64,000 nt of DNA, from the NCBI GenBank assembly GCA_965207065.1, contig OZ242260.1:1408001-1472000 (forward strand), given 5' to 3'. The DNA comes from a bacterium (lineage in GTDB: Bacteria > UBA8248). Each line of letters opens with the position of its first letter. Positions within the stretch are counted from its first letter, which is position 1. This document shows, in pieces, positions 1 through 7,546 of this stretch. The translations under genes were made by a program, and so were the position numbers. The notes under the pieces were generated by a model that did not search any database, was not told where the DNA came from, and worked only from the letters and a program-made list of their open reading frames with translations.

Positions 1-58
1 TTTCATCGTTTCTCCTCCTTTTTCTGGGTGACCGGATGATGCGAATTCCAAGGAGCGG

Positions 59-1444
59 TTACACGACCGCTCCATCCTGGCGAAGCTTCTCCCGCAGGGG
101 CTCGACCGGCAGCTCGCGCGGGGTCGTCCTGCGCTCCACGCACATGGCCGCCGCCGTACCCGCCGCCTGCCCGATGGTCATGATGTGGGCCTGGTTGCGG
201 ACGGAGCCGTTCGCGAAGCGATCACTCGAGACGGGCCGGCCCGCCACGAGGCAGTTCTCGATTTTCTGCGGGAGCATGATGCCGTAGGGGATGCCGTAGG
301 ACTCGCCGTCCCGGATGTGCTTGTGCTCGATCACGCCGGTGGGCTGGTGGACGTCCAGGCAGTAGGCCCCCTGGCCGATGTCGCGCGGCCCCTTCCGCGC
401 CTCGACGCAGTCCTCGGTGGTGAGGGTCTCCTCGCCGATGATGCGGCGCGTCTCGCGCACCCCGATGGCCGAGGCCGAGTCCATCACGTAGCAATCCTCG
501 AAGCCGGGCGCGTATTTGCGGTAGAAATCGCGCACCTTGAATACCTGCTCGCGGCCCTCGATGGCGACCTGGTTCAGGTCATCGTTGTCGACGCCGCTGT
601 AGCCCAGCATGCTCGTCGAGTTGATGGTGACCACGCCGGGGATGTTGGTGATGGAGAACACCACCCGCTGTCTGTTCGGGTGAAACTCCCCGCGCGACTG
701 GGCGAGCTTGACCGACTCGTAATAGCCGGTCACGAGGGGGTAGTCCTTGTGGGTGCGGAGACCTGCGGCGATCTCCTCGCGGCTCTTCCCGATGTAGGGG
801 TCCTCGCCGAGCATGAAATTCGTCGGGTTGGCCTTCACGTGCTGGAGGTGGCGGTCGAGGTCCACGTTCCCCATCCGGGAGAAGAGGCTGATGGACATCA
901 TCTTCCCCTCTTCGTCACCGAGGTGGAAGGGCGCGCCCGCCTGCGCTGCGATGTCCGCGTCCCCGCTCGCGTCGATGACGACCTGCGCGCGGATCTCGCT
1001 CTCCCCGCTCTTGTTCACGATGCGCGCGCCGGCCACCCGGTCGCCGTCCATGACGGGGCCGATGGTGTAGGTGTTCAGCACGAGGTCGACGCCCGCCTCC
1101 AGGCAGAGCTTCTGGTTCACGAGCTTGAGCACCTCGCCGTCCTGGGGCGTCACGGAGTAGGAGTTGCCATAAGCGTTGTGGAGGTGGCCCTCGGGAAAGG
1201 CGCCGCCCAGCCGGATGAGTTCGTCCACGATCTCCTGGGGGATGCCGTTGCAGATCTGCTCCCCCTTCATGTTGTGGAAGGTGAGGAAGTTGCCGAGAAG
1301 GCCCGCAGTGGCGTTGCCCCCGAGGAAGGCGTAGCGATCCGTGAGGACGGTTCGCGCTCCACCCCGCGCCGCGGCGACCGCGGCGCATACCCCGGCCATG
1401 CCCGCTCCGACTACGAGAACGTCGACGTTGCTCCTGTCCGCCAT
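59..1444 (-). CDS. FAD-dependent oxidoreductase (FAD_oxidored/HI0933-like superfamily)
   Basis: N-terminal dinucleotide motif DVLVVGAGMAG, LGGNAT, VIDASGDAD, GVRETRRIIG, C-terminal GQAAGTAAA; GGAG RBS upstream. A further minus-strand gene starts at bases 6-1 (ATGAAA behind AAGGAGGAG). Confidence 0.85.
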   Translation of the reverse strand: MADRSNVDVLVVGAGMAGVCAAVAAARGGARTVLTDRYAFLGGNATAGLLGNFLTFHNMKGEQICNGIPQEIVDELIRLGGAFPEGHLHNAYGNSYSVTPQDGEVLKLVNQKLCLEAGVDLVLNTYTIGPVMDGDRVAGARIVNKSGESEIRAQVVIDASGDADIAAQAGAPFHLGDEEGKMMSISLFSRMGNVDLDRHLQHVKANPTNFMLGEDPYIGKSREEIAAGLRTHKDYPLVTGYYESVKLAQSRGEFHPNRQRVVFSITNIPGVVTINSTSMLGYSGVDNDDLNQVAIEGREQVFKVRDFYRKYAPGFEDCYVMDSASAIGVRETRRIIGEETLTTEDCVEARKGPRDIGQGAYCLDVHQPTGVIEHKHIRDGESYGIPYGIMLPQKIENCLVAGRPVSSDRFANGSVRNQAHIMTIGQAAGTAAAMCVERRTTPRELPVEPLREKLRQDGAVV

Positions 1445-1531
1445 GGGTGTCTCCTATATGCCGGTCAATTCATGAAGAATCTACCAGTTGAATTGATAAT
1501 TCCCCTCCGGAACCACTCCCTTGGGCTTCTC

Positions 1532-1749
1532 TCACTCCTCCTTTGGGGTTGTTGAAAAAGAACCTGTTGGGCCGGGTTGCCAACTGGCGTGTAGGTCGGA
1601 CATATATGTCCGACATATATGCGGCCCACATGCCGCGTACAAACCGGGTCGCATATATACGACCCCTACAAAATCAACTCCATTCGCCAGACCCTTCTCG
1701 TCAAACGCAATCACAGGGGGGTCTTCAACAACCCCCTCAAGAGGAGTGA
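1532..1749. mobile_element. MITE-like non-coding element with imperfect terminal inverted repeats and internal palindromes
   Basis: TCACTCCTC(1532-1540)...GGGGTTGTTGAA(1545-1556) mirrors TTCAACAACCCC(1724-1735)...GAGGAGTGA(1741-1749); perfect 20-bp palindrome GTCGGACATATATGTCCGAC at 1595-1614; near-palindrome at 1646-1665. Confidence 0.5.
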
Positions 1750-1837
1750 TGACTTCTCTCCTTTTCGAACCCGGAGACCGGAATCCCGCTTCCGGGTCAC
1801 GCATGCAATTCCCTTTTCTCTCGCCCGTATTGTTCAT

Positions 1838-2872
1838 CTAGTCGCGTACCGGCTTCGTTACCGCCCGGGTCTCGCCGTAGGTGGGGAAGAACAGCGTGTG
1901 GCTCCCCGGCCCCCCGGCCACGGCGATGAGAATGTTTTCCGGCCCGTCCGCTACCGGAACGGCCTCAGGCTCGGCGTCCGCGAAAAGCCCCGGACGCCTG
2001 CCGCGTACGCGCTCGGCGATCTCGGGAGAAAAACTCTTCATGGGCACGCGCCCCCCCTCGAAGAGCGCTTGCTGCACGTCTTCCCGGCCCATGCCGCCCG
2101 AGGCGAGCAGACCCAGGTGCTGGGGGCTGATGACGAGGAGCACCTCCCCGCCGCCCTGGGCGTTGTTCGAGCCGGGGTAGGCCATCGTGCCGGCGATCAT
2201 GCGCAGCACGCTCTCCGCACTCCCGCTCGCGTAATCGTTCACGTTCACCGGCGCGTCCGCCGCCACCACCGTCACCGCGCTCTGTTCCGCGCGGAATCCC
2301 CGCGTCGCGTGGAGCGGCTCCCAGCCGCAGGCCGCCTCGGCGAAACACGCGGCGTACTTGCCCCCGTGGCCGAAGGTGGCCATGTCTGTCTCGCCGGGCG
2401 CTGCCATTCCCAGCCGCACGGCGGCCAGGCGGACGGCGCGGCCGATTGTGGCGTTCGCCCGGAAGCCAGGCCCGATGCATCCGCTCCCCGAATGAACGCC
2501 TAACCGCTCGGCGATAGGCCCGTGGACGATTACCAAAGGCGAGGCGAGCTCGGTGGTCGCCTGAATGGCCAGAAAATTGAACTCGGGCTCCATGACGGCT
2601 TCGAGCGCCGCCAGGACCACAGGGAAATAAGCCGGCTTGCACCCGGCAGCCACAGCGCAGACGGACGCCTCTTCGACCGTCACCTCTTCCATGGCGGGCG
2701 CCATGATTCCCAATACGTGGCCGGAACCCTCCTGCACCGTAGAGAGGGTGGCGTCGACCGCCCTGCGCGTGGGCGGGATGAGGGGAAGGCCGTCGCCCGG
2801 CCCGTCCTCCATCATGGCTTCGAGCGTGGCCTGAGCGCCCGGCGAAAGTTCGCTCAAAAGCGCCTCTGGCAT
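1838..2872 (-). CDS. UGSC-associated 'DGLPxIPPT' domain protein, function unknown (paralogue 1 of 6)
   Basis: GDGLPLIPPT, AGCKPAYFPV, GPGFRANATIGRA, final VAGGPG; same motifs as the five other paralogues in the window; starts 3 nt after the stop of the upstream gene. Confidence 0.8.
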   Translation of the reverse strand: MPEALLSELSPGAQATLEAMMEDGPGDGLPLIPPTRRAVDATLSTVQEGSGHVLGIMAPAMEEVTVEEASVCAVAAGCKPAYFPVVLAALEAVMEPEFNFLAIQATTELASPLVIVHGPIAERLGVHSGSGCIGPGFRANATIGRAVRLAAVRLGMAAPGETDMATFGHGGKYAACFAEAACGWEPLHATRGFRAEQSAVTVVAADAPVNVNDYASGSAESVLRMIAGTMAYPGSNNAQGGGEVLLVISPQHLGLLASGGMGREDVQQALFEGGRVPMKSFSPEIAERVRGRRPGLFADAEPEAVPVADGPENILIAVAGGPGSHTLFFPTYGETRAVTKPVRD

Positions 2873-2875
2873 GGC

Positions 2876-4486
2876 CTAGTCGATCTTCCGCGTCACGGAA
2901 CGGTGGTTCAGCGCGCCGGGCGCCATGAGGGAGTTCGGCCCCGCGCCGCCGTGCACCAGGATGGTGATGTCCTCCCGCTCCTCCACGATGGGAAGGGTGG
3001 CGTTCTCCATCGTGTTCACCCCGTAGAGCATCTGCTTCCAGTCGCTCCAGCGCTCCCGCGATTCGGGGGGGTAGGTATTGACCGGAATCCGGTGGACCTC
3101 GCAGAGGTAATCGCGGACGAGCTTCTTGTCGAACCCGGCTTCTGCGACCTTGTTCGCGTGGGTGGGGCCGAAGATGAGCATGATCTCGCAGCGGCCGAAC
3201 TGCGGCCGGGTGCCGGAGCAGGCGGCCACGGTGCCGAATGTGCCCAGGATGCCCTGCGCGGTGAGCGCGCTGTGGTCGTCCACCATGTGGAGGGGTTCTG
3301 CGGTGAACACCGTCACCACGCTGTCGGACTCTGAAAATCCCTTCTCCACGTGGAGCGGCTCCCAGGGGCTCTGCTCGACGTTCTCGGTGATGGCGTCGAA
3401 ATACTTTGCGAAATGGCCCTGGCAGGTGGCGCCGCGGTTTCCGAGGTCGCCGATGCAGTTGAACATGATGAGCTTGACGGCGCGGCCGACCGAGGCGTTC
3501 ACCCCCCAGCCCTGCGAACTCAAATCGCGTCCGTCGCTCATCCCGATCTCTTTAGCGATGGGGCCGCTCACCACGACGATGGGGAAAAGCGTGTGCGCCG
3601 TGGTGATGACGTGGTTGACGTGGAACTCCTCCGCCCCCATGGCCTGCACCGCCGTAACGAGGATGGGCATGGCGCCCGGCGCGCAGCCTGCCATGATGGC
3701 GTTGGCGGCGATGCGCTCCACGGTGATGTCCGCCAGCCTCGGCATGAGGCGGGCGATTATTTCATCCCCCTTGCGGCCCGAGGCCGCCACGAACCGCTCC
3801 ACCATCTCCAGTGTGGGGGGGATGACGGGAAGCCCGTCCGTCGCCCCCAGATCGAAGAGCGCCCCGTTCGCGCCGATGGGGTCTCCTGCAATCGAAAGGA
3901 CCCGCTCGATGGGATCCTCCTCGGCGACCGCATCGGCTCCCCCGTTCGCAGTGTTCATCCACTCGGCGGCGACCGAATCCACGCCGTTTTGCGCGATGTG
4001 CATCAGGGCGTCGCCGCCCTGGTGGGCCACGGTGTCATCCACCAGGAGAAGGCGGAGGTGGGGGGATTTATAGGCCTTGGCGAAGCTGCGCGCCGCCGTC
4101 TCGAACCCGTTTCCCACCACCACGACGGTGGGGACGCCGCGTTTTTCAAGCTCTGCCGAGTCGTGGACACTCCACGACGTGCAGCCCCCTCAGACCCCGA
4201 AGCCGGTTACCGCCACGTCGCAGTTGGACGCTATCTCATCGAGCGTCTCCTGCCCGGCGCCCTGGGCGGCCCAGCCCTTCTTGTGAACCAGGAGCTTCGC
4301 GTCGTGGCGCTCGGCGAAAACTTCGCCGACGTGGCTCAGAAAGTCGCCCGCGTGGGGCATGCTGTTGTCGAGGAGCGCGATGCGGAGCCCGTCCAGGCCC
4401 GTTACTGCGGCCCCTTCGGCGGGGCCGTCGTCCTGCGCTACGGCTGCGACGGGATTGATGATTTCAATTCGACTGTTTGCGTCCAT
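2876..4486 (-). CDS. Predicted selenoprotein: UGSC-type (UGGC) domain fused to a DGLP domain, 536 aa, Sec UGA at 4190-4192
   Basis: ORFs 4190-4486 and 2876-4123 are in the same frame, separated only by TGA; readthrough gives TGFGV-U-GGCTSWSVHDSAELEKRGVPTV; SECIS-like hairpin 11 nt downstream; GGGAG RBS before ATG at 4486. Confidence 0.88.
4160..4178 (-). promoter_or_regulatory. Bacterial SECIS-like hairpin
   Basis: Minus strand UGA + 11 nt + GUCGUGGA-GUG-UCCACGAC (perfect 8-bp stem, G-first loop). Confidence 0.75.
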
Positions 4487-4753
4487 ACCCGAACTCCCTC
4501 CAATCTACGGGGAACACGCACTCCGCGCCATGGGGTTTAGCCGCGGTCTTCAAATCTGTTTAGATGAATCATTTATAAACGGGAATTGGTTCGGATGTCA
4601 ATGATTCAGGAGGTTCGGTGGAGTAGCGCGCCCGGCCGCGGTCAGAACTCGATCCTGAAGCCGTGGACGGGATCATGAATTGCGGCATTTACCGGTAACA
4701 TCGAAAAGACAACGGGATTGCAGGGCCGATGAAAACGGCTTGGAATATCGAAG

Positions 4754-4839
4754 TGGCGGAGGGAGAGGGATTCGAACCCCCGGAGCTTTCGCTCAGTGGT
4801 TTTCAAGACCACCGCCTTCGGCCGCTCGGCCATCCCTCC
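4754..4839 (-). tRNA. tRNA-Ser (anticodon UGA)
   Basis: GGAGGGA/TCCCTCC acceptor stem, G discriminator plus encoded CCA, anticodon arm GTGGT-CTTGAAA-ACCAC, long variable arm, GGTTCGAATCC T-loop; 86 nt. Confidence 0.96.
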
Positions 4840-5956
4840 GCGAACCCTCGCTCAGGGAAGGCTCTCACGGCATTCTAGCACGGCTTGGAGCAATTTTTCA
4901 GGATGGAGGCGGGACGCGGCGTAGTAACGGGCGGACCACTGTCTCCACCCGATTTTCGTTGTTTCTCCACCAGAAGTGTAGATTCTGGGTTCCAATTTTC
5001 AAGGAAACGACGAACAAGGACCGCAGGCATTTCTCCCGTCGTGGTCTAATGGCTCTCTTCTTCATCAGCCCCTGGGAGTGAGGGTTTGCCGCGAGAGGGC
5101 TTTGCGCCCGCCCGCCAGGGGCGGAAGGGGTCAATTCCGATCGAAGAATGAGGAATGGCCTCATTCGGGGTGCGCAAAAGGCCGCGCGGGGCGACCCCGC
5201 TCGGGACTTCCCGTCTCCGGAGGCCCCGGCCATGGTCTTCTGAGCCAAGAAGACAGAAAAACGACCGAGTTGGGTGCGCATCCGCGCGACGGAATGACGC
5301 TCCCGCTTCCGGGGCAGACAGCCCCGCATGTGGGGCCGTTGGCCCCCGCGCGGCGTATCCGGCCCGCCGCCGCCTCGTCCACGAGAGCGAGGCGACCAGC
5401 GTCCCCCGCCGGATTCGCCCGATGCTTCCAAACACCCTGAGGAAGCTCGCAACTCGAGGATGGTACCAGCGAAGGCGGCGCATTGGGGTAAAGATTGGGT
5501 AAAGAATCCGCTCCAGGCCGTCCCTAAGAGTTCCCGGGCCGGGAACCGGCCGGCTTCGGGGTGTGCGTCCACGCTACGGAGCGCTGGTCATCGCGCGAAA
5601 TGGAAAAGGATGGACGAGAGGAAGAAGTACGGGAAATCAGCCGCGCTATCTCCGGAATCGCTCCAGAATTGGCCGGCAGACCGGCAAAAATCGTTTCACG
5701 GAATTTGCTTCTCCCGGCCGGGAGCCCCCGAACGAATGGCCGACTACGCGCCTTCCGTCATCCGGCCGAAGCGCTCACCGACAGGAGGTTCATCGACAGG
5801 GTGGACGAAAAAAAACGGGCAGGAGGGTCGATTTATCCACGACGCCCATGGAACAATATTGACGGCAGCTGTAATTATACCTGATATTATTTTATATATA
5901 GTAATATCAATACTTTACATGCTAATAAAACAATCTAAATTATGAACAAAAAATAA

Positions 5957-5986
5957 TTGACATTGTGAATTGGAGAAGAATAAAAT
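5957..5986 (+). promoter_or_regulatory. sigma70-type promoter for the RiPP precursor
   Basis: TTGACA (5957-5962), 18-nt spacer, TAAAAT (5981-5986), preceded by a very AT-rich UP-like tract; AAGGGG RBS before ATG at 6044. Confidence 0.65.
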
Positions 5987-6043
5987 CAAAATCGTTACAT
6001 AAGAGGTTGTGTTGAACATCTAACAATTCAAAGGGGTGTAGTC

Positions 6044-6295
6044 ATGAGAAGTGGCGATGAAATGTTGAAACAGATTGTCGATAAGTCCGCCTTGGACGCA
6101 GATTTCAGGCAACAGCTGCTCGCAGACCCGAAATCGACCATCAGTCAGGAATTGGGCATCACGATCCCTGATTCGATGAATGTCGTGGTCCATGAGAGCG
6201 ACATGGAGACGGTGCATCTTGCGTTGCCCCCGGATCCGCATATCACCGAGGAGCAACTCGAAGCCGTCTCGGCCGGGCTTTGCTGCTGCTGGTAA
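6044..6295 (+). CDS. srpE: Proteusin (NHLP-leader) RiPP precursor, core LCCCW
   Basis: NHLP hallmarks DADFRQQLLADPK, HLALPP, TEEQLEAVSAG (double-Gly-type site), then core LCCCW-stop, the core known for sponge-microbiome srp precursors. Confidence 0.92.
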   Translation: MRSGDEMLKQIVDKSALDADFRQQLLADPKSTISQELGITIPDSMNVVVHESDMETVHLALPPDPHITEEQLEAVSAGLCCCW

Positions 6296-6359
6296 ACCCG
6301 ATTTCCGGAGAGTAGCGGGGTCAAGACGCGGAACAATTCAAATCCGCGTAGTAAAAACG

Positions 6360-6400
6360 TAAACAACTCCTCGTCCCTATCGGGATGAGGGGTTTGTTTA
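6360..6400. terminator. Bidirectional intrinsic terminator
   Basis: AAACAACTCCTCGTCCC-TATC-GGGATGAGGGGTTTGTTT hairpin between convergent genes. Confidence 0.75.
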
Positions 6401-6418
6401 TGCCCGCTTGAGACTGAT

Positions 6419-7537
6419 TTATATGGAGACCGCTCCGGAAAGCACCATGAACACATAGGCCTTGGCCTGCTTCAACTGATTTTCGGATATGACCAGCTTG
6501 ATGTGGTGAATGCCCCGCAGCAGTACGAATTGTCCGGTTTTGGCGAACAGCGTCGTCGGTTTCGATACCCAGTCGGCAAGCGCCTCGATCTTCTCCGGAA
6601 CGACAAGTTCCTCATGTCCCAGGGCTTCCAGAAACGGGTCCCAATCGGTCAGGCCGTCGAGCCAGTAACGTGAATCTTTCGTATATCTCTGCTTGACGAT
6701 GAGCGTCAGGCCGAGCGTCGGACCGACACCCTCTTCGCGCACGTCGAGGTTCGCTCCGGTTCTCACAATTTCCGCGCGTTCCTGGAAGCGTGAAATCAAA
6801 GCGTCTACGGCCGAGAGCCGACCCGGCCAGCCGATGTTCTCGAGATACGAACAGATTTCCCCCTGCGATTTGAAGCCCATGATCGCCAGGCGGATTGTGC
6901 GTTCACGGGACGGGAATACCCCGAACGAATCCAGGCGCGTGTCTTCGGGCTGCGCCAGGTAAACCCGTTCGGCGTTTTTCCGTTCAGCGGCGCTCTTTTC
7001 CCAGCCGACGGCGGAGACGAGGGCGTCAACCACGATCCCGACATCATTCTGGAGGCCGTCGCCACCGGACAGCGTGCGCTCACCGGGCCGCAGGAAGATT
7101 CCCGGCAGCGAATTATCACTGCCCGGCGCCGAACCTACGTCATACTCCAGCATCAATTTACGTCCCACGATCTCTCGCAGAGGCGAGTCCTGGGCTTCCA
7201 TTTCCCTGAACAGCCGCCTGACCGCTCTCGCGGTCTCATCCGTCTCGTCGGTCCGCGCCAGTTCTTCGAAAAAATCGCCCGAGCGGTTTCCGCTCGCCAG
7301 CGAGACGCCGAAATCCGCCACCGGCCGGCCCTCATGCAGAGGCAGCTCGAAACCGAACGGCTGGGCGCCCATGGTGATGGGAAGCCCGCTCGCGAGTTCG
7401 AGTATGCGTCCCCATTCCCGCTCTCCGATAAGAGTCGGAGAAATCCTGCTTCGAAATTGCCCGAGCAAATCTCCCATGGTGCCGCCCTCTTCGGCGAGGC
7501 GGTCCTGGGTAAGCGCGACTGCTTCGTCGATATCCAT
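6419..7537 (-). CDS. Uncharacterised RiPP cluster protein, possible ABBA/PT-barrel prenyltransferase-like fold
   Basis: 372 aa, GGAGG RBS, directly after YcaO; periodic short beta-strand motifs FGFEL, ADFGV, MLEYD, GIFL, RLAI, HHIKLV, AKAY. Gene is solid, function is inference. Confidence 0.7.
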   Translation of the reverse strand: MDIDEAVALTQDRLAEEGGTMGDLLGQFRSRISPTLIGEREWGRILELASGLPITMGAQPFGFELPLHEGRPVADFGVSLASGNRSGDFFEELARTDETDETARAVRRLFREMEAQDSPLREIVGRKLMLEYDVGSAPGSDNSLPGIFLRPGERTLSGGDGLQNDVGIVVDALVSAVGWEKSAAERKNAERVYLAQPEDTRLDSFGVFPSRERTIRLAIMGFKSQGEICSYLENIGWPGRLSAVDALISRFQERAEIVRTGANLDVREEGVGPTLGLTLIVKQRYTKDSRYWLDGLTDWDPFLEALGHEELVVPEKIEALADWVSKPTTLFAKTGQFVLLRGIHHIKLVISENQLKQAKAYVFMVLSGAVSI

Positions 7538-7546
7538 GTTGCCTCC

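Noticed and set aside
59-1444. FAD oxidoreductase as the missing azoline dehydrogenase of the RiPP cluster
   Set aside because: Wrong family (azoline oxidases are FMN nitroreductase-like), and it is separated from the cluster by the UGSC locus and the tRNA.
1532-1837. 101-aa minus-strand ORF and overlapping small ORFs
   Set aside because: They run through the inverted-repeat element, have atypical composition and no motif.
4754-4839. tRNA-Sec (selC), tempting because of the nearby selenoprotein genes
   Set aside because: Anticodon is UGA (reads UCA, Ser), not UCA; 7-bp acceptor stem and 86-nt length are those of ordinary tRNA-Ser.
5101-5130. TTGCGCCCG resembling a group II intron 5' end
   Set aside because: No domain V/VI sequence and no reverse transcriptase in the window.
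4898-5945. ORFs of 100-224 aa between the tRNA and the precursor
   Set aside because: Arg/Pro/Gly-rich, mutually overlapping, no RBS or domain signature; no integrase-like residues.
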